Assembly (NCBI GenBank): GCA_008632985.1
Contig: QPGO01000270.1
Span: forward strand, 1-64,000
DNA: 64,000 bases
Source: Psammoneis japonica
Taxonomy: Eukaryota
Reading direction: 5' to 3'
The notes beneath the pieces are model-generated. The model had not been told where the DNA came from, ran no database searches, and saw only the letters and a program-made list of their open reading frames with translations. Below are positions 1-12,961 of this stretch, one piece after another; positions within the stretch are counted from its first letter, which is position 1, and each line of letters opens with the position of its first letter. The translations under genes and the position numbers were made by a program.

Positions 1-57
1 CTTCTACCAACCTTTGCTCCAGACGGCGTTACAATCGACACCAGGTTCGTTTGTGAA

Positions 58-786
58 TTGTTTGCCCACAAATGCCCTGGAGGGACTTGCTTGCATCGAA
101 TGAACTCAGGAGGAACACGTGTTGAAACAAGGAAGTGGGCAATCTGTGTGGATGGCAAGGAATGGTTGCACAACGATGCAATGAGGAACACCATCTCACG
201 AAACGCACCTCACCATGGTGCTGGATTTAAAATTCAGGCTTGCTTTGACCACACCACGGCCATTGAAGATGGCAAGGTAAAAGTGGTGGACGAGGTCGTA
301 GGATGTGGAAACGATCTGGAGGTGCCATTCTACGCTCCGGTTGCCAAAAAGCTGGAGAGGGCCGATCTCCCTGCCTCCAAAGACAACGAGTTTGGTGATG
401 GCTACCTCGAGAATGGCTGGCAAGATGACATCTCAGAATGGAGCCAAAGGCAGCTGGCGAGAACGATGCGGCTAGAGATTTGTGGAGGTGCAACAGGCGT
501 TGCCCACTGGAAAGTGTCAGGTGAGTGGGAAACCAGTGCTTTCCAAGAGGAAAAACAACATCCGAATGAGTGCCACATTGTGGAGAAACAAAATGATTTG
601 AGTGAAGACACAATCAGAATCAGGTGTCCGGCTGATTGCCCTGAGGCAATCATTGCACAGTGCTTGTTCTCGGAGCCTGAGCACTTTGGTGCGATGCGAT
701 GGACGGGCCCGACTTCTGTCAAGTGCGAGGTGGCTGTGAGCTTTTTCGAACGATTTAGGTTGAGAGTCATCTGTGTCAAAGTCTGA
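58..786 (+). other. TpA-depleted ORF fragment of unknown product, probably repeat-derived or decayed
   Basis: 242-aa ORF with very few Tyr in a TA-poor block; no family recognised. Confidence 0.3.
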
Positions 787-1233
787 ATCCATGCGACCCA
801 GGAAGAAGGCTGTTCCTTTGGACATGGCCAAGTTGAGACACACACACACACACACAAGTTCAACAAGACGAGACCGACGGGACGCTGTGTTGAGCATGGC
901 ACATGATGCATGAAATTTTATTTTGATGTTGTCCACCATCTGATGAGGCAACATCGTTGCATCTGATTGTTCAGGAAGAATCCACCACGGCAAAGGGTGA
1001 CCAATGTACGACAGATGCATGATCTTCCGCCGTCGCATGGAAACGTTGCATTTTTAGTTCTGTCCATGAGACGCAGAGAGCGCGATGTAGCTGAGCTGCG
1101 TCGTCACGCGTGCTTGTGCATCTCTGTCTGGCACTCAGTGTGACCATCTTTCATGTGGAGAAGAACTCTTTACACCGGCAACCAATGATGCATGCTGGGC
1201 GAGCACTCGGAGTAACCTTTGCCGGCACACTGT

Positions 1234-1810
1234 ACGCGGTGCTCTCTATCACAGGTGCTTCTACTAGCTAGAGTGGCAGTTGCTACTCTAGCTAGTGGTG
1301 GAGAGAGTACGAGTAGACAGACAGACAGAATGGCACGTTGGATGCTGTGATTTCTGGCCAGTGGCTTGCTAGAGAGAGTACATTGATGCTGTGGTTTTAG
1401 CACATTCCATGTTTCCAAAAAGAAAACAATGACACACGCGGTGCTCTCTATCACAGGTACTTCTAGCCAGTAGTTGCTACTAGCTAGCAGAGAGAGTACG
1501 AGCAGATAGACAGACAGAATAGCACGTTAGATGCTGTGATTTCTGGCCAGTGGCTTGCTAGAGAGAGTACATCAATGCTGTGGTTTTAGCACATTCCATG
1601 TTTCCAAAAAGAAAACAATGACACACGCGGTGCTCTCTATCACAGGTACTTCTAGTTGCCACTAGCTAGTAGAGAGAGTACGAGTAGATAGACAGACAGA
1701 ATAGCACGTTAGATGCTATGATTTCTGGCCAGTGGCTTGGTAGAGAGAGTACATTGATTCTGTGGGTTTTAGCACATTCCATGTGTTTCCAAAAAGAAAA
1801 CAATGACACA
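1234..1810. repeat. Tandem repeat, 3 units of ~186-202 bp
   Basis: Units start 'acgcggtgctctctatcacaggt' at 1234, 1436 and 1625 and end '...aaaacaatgacaca'. Confidence 0.9.
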
Positions 1811-2092
1811 AGTCGCCATACAAGTCCGTTTTCTTTTAGCGGGGGGCTTATTCCTACGGTACAAAATCAACCACCTATAGTACATCATGGAGCATATCAG
1901 TGAAGCACAAACGTTATCACAAGAAACTATGAAATCTACCAAAACCACACGCAAGTATTCAATTGAGAAAAACAAACACACGCAAGTGTACCCTGTGCAT
2001 TCAATCATGTGCGTGTCTATTTCATTACTTATATACCATACTCCACAACAACATCATTCCTCTCTCTCTTTTTTCATTCATTTTTTGTTTAC

Positions 2093-3333
2093 TTACTCGT
2101 CGCTTTTTGACATTTCCTTCAAGAGCGCCTCATATCCCTCTTGACATTCTTCCATGCACTTGTCTGTAAATTCATGTCGTGATTCCAATCCACCGGTACT
2201 CGGGACGGCCGCACCACACGCAATGCCAACGGGCACAAATCGAACATTGCGTTCTTCACCCACTTGTGCTTCCACGGTATCGGGTGGAGGACACAAGTCA
2301 TAGGTCACCATGGCGAGTGGATAATAGTGTGTCGGTTTTTTCGACTTCAGTCCCATTAATCGAAACATATCAATGGTTTTCGAATCAAACGGCGCCAAGG
2401 GCACCTCGCCCGTTTCCACATTGCGTCGATCCCGTCCTCCACTGGGTGCGACCCACAGAGCAATGCCCTCGTCGGCCTTGAGTTTACTCAACATGGCACT
2501 CATGGTGGCCATGTTTTGTCGTTGCTTGACAGCCTTGAGGTTGGATCGATATCGATATGCTTTTTCGAATGAATGCAAAGCAAATTCCGTCCCATACTAA
2601 ACGGAATGGCCAATGGATCCGTCGTGACCTTGTGTCCCGCCACATATGTGACTTGACTGGCTTCTTCTCCCAAACCAATTTTTTCCAACAACATGGAAAA
2701 GACTTGAGGATCCGCTTCCGATTGGTGATTGGCAAAGAATACAACATTTTCACCATTCTTGACACGTTCAAAAGCCTCGTGTAAATGTTCACTTCCAATC
2801 ACGGGTGATTCCGCTAAATTCATGCATGGCTTGAAAAAGTTGCATCCAAATTCATAAAAATCCAATGTATCCTGTGGTGACGTGTTTTCACCCCTCAAGG
2901 CTTGATGCGTGACATCAAATGTATACTTGTCTTCTCCCATACCGTACGTCATGCCAAATTGAATCACTTGCAAAATACGTTCGGCTGCCTTGGTGGGAGT
3001 GGCCAATTCCGTATTGCCACTTGCGTAGGACAATTGATTGGCCACCATGTATTCGTGCACAAAATGAACAAGTGGTTGTAAAAGAGCATCGTTATTATCA
3101 ATACTCTTTTCCAAGGCACTCACAGCCTGTTGTTCGGCGGCAGCAAATTCCGGAGACAAATCATCGTCTTGTTGTTTTTCCGTAGTGGAGAGTGTTTCGG
3201 AAATGCTTGACGACGAAACAAAGGGAGCAATCAGACGATTGGCACTACTACTGCGAGGAGACGTCACACTCACAAAAGCAGCAGAAGACGAGGCAACAGT
3301 TGCGGCAAGAAGCGAGAGAGTTGTGAAACGCAT
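2093..3333 (-). CDS. Plastid glycerol-3-phosphate acyltransferase (GPAT/ATS1-like); apparent 1-bp frameshift near 2540
   Basis: Signal peptide plus SAAF motif; HX4D motif NHQSEAD; PFSMGRNLLCIHSKKH; WVAPSGGRDR in the second frame. Confidence 0.9.
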
Positions 3334-3786
3334 CGTGTGTTTATGTATTGAAACAATAACAACAACAATTAGTGATAAAGATGCTGCGGTCGTAGAGTGT
3401 TCTCACTTTTTTTTGGTGTTAGGATTGTCGATGTGGTTTTTCTTTTGTTGTTGATGTCACTCGTTTGTGACGCCTGCTTTCACAGCCACGTCAGCTAAAA
3501 GCGCGGGAAACGATTGGTCAGACAAACAGACAAACAATTCGTTAATTCAATATTCATGCTTTTATACAATCATACATGACGGCGGTTGTCGACAAGTGAC
3601 GTGGACTCTGTAGTATAGTTCTACATACACCAAAGCTCTGTACAGTTGTACTGTGACACGCTTTGCACTTGCCTCCGACAGTCATCACCTCACTTTTTCA
3701 CACAAACAAGACCACGTTGACACTTTGGCGCATTGTTGTCCATCTTTCTCAACAACAACAACATTACTACTAACCTAACTAAAACC

Positions 3787-4848
3787 ATGGACAATATTAC
3801 AAAGGCCGTCATGGATACATTATCCATGAATCAAGACAATGACAGTGCGTTTGCCGCAGTAGTATTGGGTTGTCTCGTGACGATTGTGTCCCTCGTGGCG
3901 GCCACCATGATATTCAAAAAGAAGCAACAACCCCCGATTGCTCTCGACAAGAATGAGTTTCGTGCTTTCCTCTCATCAAAAAGGAAATTCTCAGTCACGA
4001 CACGCGTCGTTTTACCTTTGCCTTGCCATCACCACATCATCAAGTGGGATTACCCGTGGGACAGCACATTACCTTGAAATTTGTGGATGCGCAAGGCAAA
4101 TCACATCAACGCAGTTATACACCCGTTTCGAGCAATGACGAATTGGGCAAGGTCTCGTTTTGTATCAAGGTTTACAAGGCGGGTGTCCATCCGAAATTTC
4201 CAAATGGCGGAAAACTATCACAACATTTGGATTCACTCGATATTGGTGACACTATGCTAATGAAGGGACCCAAGGGACACTTGACGTGGACGAGCGGGAA
4301 AAAATTTACCATTCAACACGTTCGTAAACCACTCCAAACACGTTCCGTGACTCATCTCAACATGATTTGTGGTGGTACAGGCATTACACCCATGTTGCAA
4401 GTGTTGCATGCTATTTTTGCCAACCCCAACGATGGGACATTTGTCAAAATGATTTATGCCAATCAAAGTGAGTAACGTAATATGTTGTTGTTGTTGCTTT
4501 TTTGATTGTTTGCTCACTGTTTTTCTGTATTCCATTCTTCTTCTATTACATAGCCCCCGACGACATTTTGGTTCGTGAGGAATTGGAAACACTCGAACGT
4601 GACTATCCGATCGTTTTCAACTCCACTACACGGTGGATCGTCTTGTCGATGATTCTCAAAGGAATAGTTGGAACTATTCGATTGGTTTTGTCAATGTCGA
4701 CATGATCAAGGAGCACCTATACACTACTACCAACAACAACAACAAGGTACAGACATTCATGTGTGGACCACCACCCATGATCAAGTTTGCTTGTTTGCCA
4801 GCTTTGCAAGAAATTGGATTTACCGAACAAGAGTGGTTTGTGTTTTAG
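3787..4848 (+). CDS. NADH-cytochrome b5 reductase; intron 4468-4553; apparent 1-bp frameshifts near 3970 and 4608
   Basis: N-terminal membrane anchor; GLPVGQHI, RSYTP, GGKLSQHL, GGTGITPMLQ, MCGPPPM; splicing gives YANQTPDDIL. Confidence 0.9.
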
Positions 4849-5142
4849 AGAGAAACACGTAGTTGTGTAAAGAAAATAAGGACACATGTATTGCTAACAA
4901 CAGAACAAATAGGACTTAATTCAGCATTAGTAGAGAAATACGCTTGATGCGTTTCGTAGCCTCTTGTGTTAAATGGGCGACACCAACTACAGCAAGGACG
5001 TGCAAGGTCAAAAACGAAACAAAGACTTGATGGATGACAAAGGAGGAAACCGATGACGGTGCAACAGCAAAGCCCTTACAATGGCTCTGAGACCAAGCAC
5101 CTGCACTGTGTTCAGAAAAAAAAACAGGTGCATGACACTGCA

Positions 5143-5903
5143 TCTTCCCCTTCCAATGATGATTTGATCAAGTGAGAATCATGTTGGTCAAGAATTCCAA
5201 ATTCAACTTTCAAAATGGAGCAGGAAGGAGAAAAAGAAAACCCAGGCACTGGGGGGAAAACCCTCAACCTCAAGTCCAACAGAGTGCCAAATGTTGACAT
5301 GTTCCATGATGCGTGGCTCTCATTGAACTGTGACAGTGCCATTGTTGGTGCGCGCACTTGGGCTGTCTGATGTGAACCACATGAGCTCTTGGCTCCAAGA
5401 ACTTGATGGGATTGACAATTGACTTGATTGGTGCTTGACCACCACGTGCAAAAATCACAGGATTGTTGCTTGGCATTGGCTCAAGAAAGGCTGGAACATG
5501 GATCAGAGCAAGCCTGGCAATGTTCTTGGAAAGCAGCCAGATCCATGATCACATCATGGAAAACATCACACTGGCAGAGTGTTGGAGAGTGCAGCTGCTC
5601 TTGGAATGACCTTGAGAGCATGGGAGCTGCACATTGCATGGTGTGCACAGCAGTGGCTTGTGCATCATCCACTGGTTTGCTTGCTTGCTCAACATTCTGT
5701 GGTGGAGGACAAACATGGGGCAATCTTTGTGATGACAATTTGATGCACTTGTCTGCCTGGTGACACATTGGCCCACTGAGGATTTCATGAGATGACAGGT
5801 GTGCTGTGTCAGTGCCAGCTCTCTGCAAAAGGAGTTGAACTTTTTCACCAGTGAGCTCTCTGCCATTGTCATGTGTCATGAATGCAGCAATTGGGGCAAG
5901 GAT
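5143..5903 (-). mobile_element. Ty3/Gypsy remnant, 3' part (integrase C-terminus plus PPT)
   Basis: THDNGRELTG integrase core, VDDAQATAVHTM; purine tract ggaaggggaaga (5143-5154, minus strand) followed by TG. Confidence 0.7.
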
Positions 5904-6179
5904 TGACAGGATTTGAACAGGATTTAGGTGCGCGCGAAATGTCGCGCGCTGTTCAGTTTACCGCGCACAGTTTTGTGTGCTTTAGTTCCGCGCGTTCGCG
6001 CGCGATGCAGTTTGCTTTCGAGCCACAAGGCTCACAAGAATAACAACAGTAGCCCGATTGTACCGACTTGCACGTCTTTCGGCTCCTGTGACGGTCTCTG
6101 AGCGGAAACTCATCTGCCATTTAGACAGCAGCAAGGAGTTGTTGTTTGAATTCTTGCCATTTGCCTTCAATTTCTGTCA
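5904..6179 (+). repeat. 5' LTR of Copia element 1
   Basis: tgacagg...ctgtca; direct repeat of 12681-12956. Confidence 0.95.
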
Positions 6180-7055
6180 GATTGACAGTCTTGCTCATTG
6201 TCAACCCATTGAGCAAGCCACCTCAATTCTGCGTGGACCTCCGTGTGTGTTCTACGTACATCGGCAAGTCTGCGCGCTTTCAATGCCAGGGCATCGGCAG
6301 GAAGTTAACGTCACCGTCAAGTCTCCTTGCCGCTGGATGTCTGGATTGATTGTGCTGCCTTTGATCGCTGAAGACATGCATTCAACGGTCACATCCAAGT
6401 CTGTCCTTGATCCACATCCCTTGACATGCCCATTCAACGGTTGACGGTCAAGAACCCTGCACATTCAAGGACCTCCGTCGCTGAAGACACACACACACAC
6501 ACATCTTCACGGCCAAGGACTTGGACCCACTCTTTGGACTGCGGCTTTGCCACCACTCTACAAGCACGCCGAGTCTGTTGCACCTGATCTACCCCGGACT
6601 GCTGGTGCTCTGCAGTTCTGCCAGGTCCACGAGGACGACTGTGAGAGCAAGCAGCCGTGATTGCAGCCTGCGTTGGGGCGAGGGTGTTTTCCCGCGTTTG
6701 TTCATTCGTCCACAGCGCCTGACGCCTGCGTCAACTGGCCAGCCTGATCGGGAAATCCAACCGACATAAAACAAGAACGGTTCGGGGGTCTTGTCCACCT
6801 CCAGTCAGCTTGCCTGCAGGGGTTTGCAACCCGCTGCTCTGCTCGCAAGCAACCCAAAGCGCCGCTGGCTGCGGGTTCGGACGTGCCGGCACAACTCTAC
6901 GGACCGGATAGGAAGTTTGGCACTTGACAACGAATGGGACAGCACAGCCCAGCGACTTCTGATTTTAAGGTGGTTCAAGACATCAAGTCAAGTCCATCTC
7001 AAGTCAAGTCTGTTCTCACCCAAGTTTCAAGTCTGCCTTCGCTTCCCAACAAGAA

Positions 7056-10000
7056 TTGCTTGTCCTGACACCACTTTTGTCTGCCATGGTTCTCACTCGT
7101 CAGCAACAAACCGATGGTTTCGAGCACGTTGTTGGAACCGTGCTTGTCCAAGGTGCTGGGAGCCCTCTTCGTTTGGCTTTGACCCAAGACGGCACGGACT
7201 CGCATCAAGAACTGTTCACGTTCATGCCGTCCCAAATCGACTCGCTTGAGTGCGACAACGGCACCAATGTGATCCCTTTGCCCCGCGGTTATAAGAACAT
7301 GTTAGCAGCTCCAATCAGTCTGCACATTGTCAAAGCACACGAAGGTCTTGACGTTGCCAATGACTCCTCGTTGTTCACGCATGACGAGTTCCTTGCCTGC
7401 CGCCTCAGCCCCGACCACATGTCTTCTGTGTCTGTCGGCAGCTCACCCCTCGCACCTCCGCATGTCACCAACCCGACCAAGGCACGCGACCCGGTGCGAG
7501 ACTTCAAGCGAGGCATCAAGCGTGACCCCACCGCTTTCACGGCTCTCAAATCCGACAAGCAGTGGCACACTTGGCACACCTCACTTGTGGCACAAGCCCG
7601 TGCCCAAGACGTCGAGTGCATTCTAGACTCGTCGTACAAACCGACCAGCCCCGAAGACAAACTGCTCTTTGCTGAACAGCAAAAGCACATGTTCTTCTCA
7701 CCGACAAGGGCAAGGCTCTCATTCGCGAAAATGTGGGGTCTTCTGATGCCCAGACCGTCTGCCGCGCCTTGTCTGAGCATGCGCTCGCCTCCACCCGCGC
7801 CTCCATCGAGTCCTCCACCTTGCTCACGTACCTTGCCACCGCACGTCTTGGTGATGGCACTTGGAAAGGTCCGACCCACGGGTTCATCCTTCATTGGCAA
7901 GATCAGTTGCACAAGTGCAAGGCACTCATCCCGGCCAGTGACCACTTCTCTGAAGGACAGAAGCGCGTCATGCTCGAGAATGCCGTGCACCCTGTCGAGG
8001 AACTCCGTGCTGTCAAGAACCAAGCTGATCAGCATCGTACGCAGAGTGGCAAGAGCCTCACATGCGATCAACACTGTGGCTTGCTCCTCTCCGCGGCGGC
8101 TCAATGCGACAGTGCGTTTCAACCCAAGACGACACCTCGAGCTCCCCGACGTGCCATGTGCACACACGACGTCTGCTCCGAGGAACCGTCCGACGATGTG
8201 TTCCACGACATTGACAGCGACATTGACGTCCTTCAGGCCAATGCTGCCCACACCCATGGTCCCAGCCTCACCGGTGACCAATGGAAACGTCTCCCTCCCG
8301 ACCACCAACGGATTTGGGATTCGTTGCCCCATTCCTCCAAGGCGATCATCCTTGAGCATTCTCGTCCGCCTCCCGCAACCCGCGAGCCAGCAACTGCCAT
8401 GAGTCCGTTACGGCCAACCTTCACGACCAACGCCTTGGGAGTGACGGTGATGTCAACTTGTCCAACACGACTCCTGCTGACTCTGGTGACCCCGCTCCAA
8501 ATGTGGACGCCACTTCAGATGATCCCATCCTGGTGCACCTCACCAAGCACAAGCCACTGCCACCCGGTGATCTGCAACGTCTGTTGTCTCCTAACCAAGC
8601 CCCCAATGCCAGTCGCACGGGGCCATCCGCCGCTCCCTCTGCTCCGCCAGCTCCCACCAATGACATGGAACTTAACGGCCGCACTTGCCGCCGCATTGAC
8701 AACCACAATGTCATCCACTCTGCCTCTGCTCATCGCTCCACACGCACTGGTGCTCCAGTCGATCGTGGGGCCAACGGCGGCATTGCTGGCAACGACGTTC
8801 GCGTCATTGCACGCACCTCTCGCCACGTCGACGTTCAGGGCATTGACGACCATCAATTGGTGGACATCCCCATTGTCACCACTGGTGCCGTCATTGAGAC
8901 CCAGCGTGGTCCCGTCATCGCCATCCTCCATCAGCACGCATGCACGGGAAAGGGCAAGACCATTCATTCCTGCGGCCAGCTCGAATGGCACAAACAGGAT
9001 GTCAAAGATCGCTCTGTAAAGGTGCCCAACGGCTTGCAATGTGTTGCCACTCCTGATGGCTGTGTCATCCCCATTGACATCAAGGGCGGCCTGCCTTGTG
9101 TTGCCATGCGACCTCACACTGATGCCGAATGGGACACCCTGCCCCATGTCATCCTCACCGGTGATGACACATGGGATCCTTCCGTCCTCGATCACTCTGT
9201 CACTGACAATGACCAGTGGTGCGACGCGATCTCTGACCCACAGGACGATCCCACTGCCAACCCATTTGACGAGTGCGGCAACCGCCGTCATCGTGTCGTT
9301 GTCAACGAGACCATCATGTCCGTTTCCTTGTCTGCCGATCACGCGTCCGCCCTCGATGATCACCTCATCCCGAACGACGACGTGTTCCACTGGTGTCACC
9401 CACATGCGATTGACCCCAAGGACGATGACGTTCCACCCCCGGAGCACACTGTGCAGCCCAAGGACCCCCCCTTCGTGTCTCTTCGGCCTCACTTTGGCTT
9501 CCCACCTGCCGATGCGGTCCATCGCACTTTTGACTGCACCACGCAGCACGTCCGCATGCCCGCCGGTGCACACCTTAGGAAGGCCTGCAAATCACCCAAC
9601 CCCACCCTTGATGTGCACCGCCGCAACGAGCCTGTCGCCACTGACACCGTTCATGCCGACACCCCGGCCGTCGACTCTGGTTGCACCAGCGCCCAACTGT
9701 TTGTTGGCACCGAGTCTGCCGTCACTGACGTCTGCGGCACCAAGACGGACAAAGAGTTTGTCAACACACTGGAGGATCAGATCCGTGAGCGTGGTGCCCC
9801 ATCCAAACTCATTGGCGACCGTGCTCAAGTTGAGATCAGCAACAAGGTGCTCGGGATTCTACGAGCCCTCTTCATCTCCAGCTGGCAAAGTGAGCCTCAC
9901 CAGCAACACCAAAACTTTGCCGAGCATCGACACCAGACTGTGACGCGCATGGCGAACACTGTCATGGATCGTTTTGGTTCGCCTGCCCACACATGGCTGC

Positions 10001-12733
10001 TGGCGCTCATGTGCGTGTGCTTCATGCTCAACCACACAGCGTCCCCACGTCTCCACTGGCGCACGCCCCTCGAGACTCTCACTGGCTCCACCCCGGACAT
10101 CAGCCCATTGCTTTGCTTTCACTGGTGGGAACCCATGTGCTTCCACCTCGATGACTCTGATTGGCCTTCCGAATCCCGTGAGTTGCGTGGACGCTTTGTT
10201 GGCATTGCTGAGCACGTCGGCCACCAGATGACCTTCAAGATTCTCTCTGACGAGACACAGAAGATCCTCTGCCGGTCCAACGTACGATCCGCTGCCACCG
10301 ATCCTGCCGTTCGAAACCTGCGTCTTGATCCTCCTGATGGGGAGCCACCTGAACCCATCATCAAATCTCGCCATGACGACAACCCCGTCGATTCTCCTGA
10401 TGGGGAGATCAGGACACCCAAGATGCCAGTTTTTGATCCGCAAGACATCATCGGACGCACCTTCCTCATGCAGCCACAAGAGGATGGACAACGCCACAGA
10501 GCTCGCATCGTCAAGGCCGTCGAAGACCACGAATGGAAAGTGAACGGCAATCCCGAGCTCACTGAGTTCGTCTGCTCTGTCAACAACGACGAATGCGAGG
10601 AAGTCCTTGCCTGCAACGACATCATGAATCACATTGAGCAAGAAGACGAAGACACCACTGTTTGGAAATTTCGACGCATCGTGTCACACGAAGGACCACT
10701 GAAGCCTCATGACCCAACCTGGAAAGGCTCAAGCTACAACATCATGCTTGAACGGGAAAGTGGGGAGATCACTTCCGAGCCTCTTGCCATCATCGCCAAG
10801 GACGACCCCGTCACCTGCGCCATCTATGCACGAGAGAACGGACTTCTCGACACTGATGGCTGGAAGCGGTTCCGCACCATCGCGAGGCCAGAAGAAGCCA
10901 TTTCGCATGGCCAACCAAGCCAAGCTTTGCTCCTTCCGCACTGCACCTCGCTACAAGCACGGATGCGAAATTCCCCGGAACTGCAAACACGCCATGTCAC
11001 CAGACGGAACGCAATGGCAACCGCAAATGGGGAGACGCAACTAATCTCGAGATGGACCAACTCGAGGAATACGAAGTCTTCCATGACTGCGGGCCCTTCG
11101 AGCCTTCCACTCCTCCTGTGGGACACAAGAAGATCCGAGTGCACCTGGTGCACGACGTGAAACACGACGGTCGCCACAAGGCACGACTCGCAGCCGATGG
11201 GCACCTCACGGACGTGCCCATCGACAGTGTCTGCTCCGGAGCAGTCTCCCTCCGTGGCCTTCGGCTGATGATTTTCCTGGCCAAACTCAACGAGTTGGAG
11301 ACATGGGCCACCGACATTGGCAATGCCTGCCTTGAAGCCACCACCAAGGAGAAGCTCTACATTGCAGCCGGACCCGAATTTGGCAAACTTGAAGGACACA
11401 TCCTTGTCATCCACAAGGCCCTGCATGGACTGCGCAGCTCCGGTCTCCGCTGGCACGAGCGTTTCACCAACTGCCTGCGAGCTGAAGGCTTCTCCCCCTG
11501 CCGCGCCGAACCCGACATTTGGATGCGCAGGAACGGCGACCACTGTGAACACATTGCCGTTCATGTGGATGACCTCGCCATTGCCACGAAGGACCCTCAA
11601 TCTTTCATCGACACTCTCACGGAAAAGTGCAAGTTCAAGCTCAAGGGTGCGGGACCCATTGAGTTCCATCTGGGTTGCGACTTTTCCCGGGATCCCGACG
11701 GCACCTTGTGTCTGTCTCCACGCAAGTGCATCGAGCGCATGGTCGACAGCTGCACCCGACTGTTTGGGGAGAAACCTGCCACCAACGCCCTGTCACCACT
11801 GGAGAAGGGTGACCACCCCGAGCTGGACACTTCCGAACTGCTGGGGCCCAATGGCATTCACAAGTTCCAGTCTCTTGTTGGTTCACTCCAATGGGCAGTG
11901 TCCCTTGGTCGAATTGACATTGCCACGGCCGTCATGTCACTCTCTAGCTTCCAAGCTGCGCCCCGTCAAGGCCACTTGGATCGTGCCAAACGCGTCTGTG
12001 GGTGCCTCTCCAAGATGCGACACGGCGCTCTCCGCGTTCACACGGAAGAGCCCGACCATTTGGATCTCCCTGCTCCGGCCCATGAATGGATGCATTCCGT
12101 GTGCGGCGAAGCAGAAGAGATGATCCCGAAGGATGCTCCACCGCCCCTTGGCAAGTTCGTCACTGCCACCCACTGTGTCGATGCAAACTTGCACCATTGC
12201 ATGCTCACCGGACGCTCTGTCATGGGAATGCTCCACTTCCTCAACAAATTCCGGCTGATTGGTTCTCTAAGAAGCAAGCCACCATGGAGACTGCGACCTG
12301 CGGGTCTGAATTTGTTGCCGCAAGGACTTGTGTCGAGCAGATTGTCGACCTGCGCATCACCCTGCGCTGCCTTGGCGTCCCGATCTGTGGTGTCAGTTGC
12401 ATGTTCGGTGACAACAAGTCGGTTGTAGACAGTGCCACCATCCCGCACTCCAAGTTACACAAGCGACACACCGCACTGTCGTTCCACCGTGTGCGTGAGG
12501 CAATTGCCTCTGGTTGCCTTGAGCTCCACTTCATCGAAGGCTCCCGCAACCCTGCTGACATTCTCAGCAAGCATTGGGGTCACTCCCAAATCTGGGACCT
12601 TCTCCGCCCCCTCATGTTCTGGAACTTCATTCCATCCGAAGTCGAATCTGTTTCTGTGGCTCCTCAAGCAAACTGGGGAGTGACAGGATTTGAACAGGAT
12701 TTGGGTGCACGCGAAATGTCGCGCGCTGTTTAG
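7056..12733 (+). pseudogene. Copia gag-pol (frameshifted, hypermutated)
   Basis: FKRGIKRDP gag; protease VDRGANGG; integrase LIGDRAQVE and SEPHQQHQNFAE; RT HVDD (from YVDD); RNase H ETATCGSEF and NPADILSK. Confidence 0.93.
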
Positions 12734-12956
12734 TTTGCCACGCACAGTTTTGTGTGCTTTGGTTCTGCGCGTTCGCGCGCAATGCAGTTTGCTTTCGAGC
12801 CACAAGGCTCACAAGAATGATGACAGCAGCCCGATTGTGCCGACTTGCACGTCTTTCGGCTCCTGTGACGGTCTCTGAGCGGAGACTCATCTGCTGTTTA
12901 GACACCAGTGAGGAGTTGTTGTTTGAATTCTTGCCATTTGCCTTCAATTTCTGTCA
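12681..12956 (+). repeat. 3' LTR of Copia element 1
   Basis: Direct repeat of 5904-6179, preceded by the PPT. Confidence 0.95.
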
Positions 12957-12961
12957 AGGAT

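Larger units (their letters stand above)
5904..12956 (+). mobile_element. Full-length Ty1/Copia LTR retrotransposon (CoDi-like), inactivated
   Basis: 276-bp TG...CA LTRs, 5-bp TSD AGGAT (5899-5903 / 12957-12961), PPT aactggggag; gag-PR-IN-RT-RH order. Confidence 0.95.

Noticed and set aside
838..856. (CA)n microsatellites here and at ~6487-6503 as converted (TA)n tracts
   Set aside because: Plausible, but it cannot be polarised from this window.
1234..1810. Repeat arrays here and at 15189 and 30767 as CRISPR-like
   Set aside because: Long tandem units with no unique spacers, no cas genes, and a eukaryotic context.
6180..6200. Primer-binding sites of the two Copia elements (also 58055-58075)
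   Set aside because: No confident match to a tRNA 3' end by eye.
7289..12570. Long antisense ORFs over Copia-1 (e.g. 7289-8359, 8515-9573)
   Set aside because: Shadow ORFs of gag-pol, lengthened by the loss of TAA/TAG stops.
8458..12733. Alternative genetic code to explain the Tyr loss
   Set aside because: Adjacent genes use normal Tyr codons, and non-coding LTRs and MITEs show the same change.
5904..12956. Classical RIP or CpG decay as the cause of the compositional bias
   Set aside because: The direction is opposite to RIP (TA is lost, not gained), and CpG is largely retained in this element.
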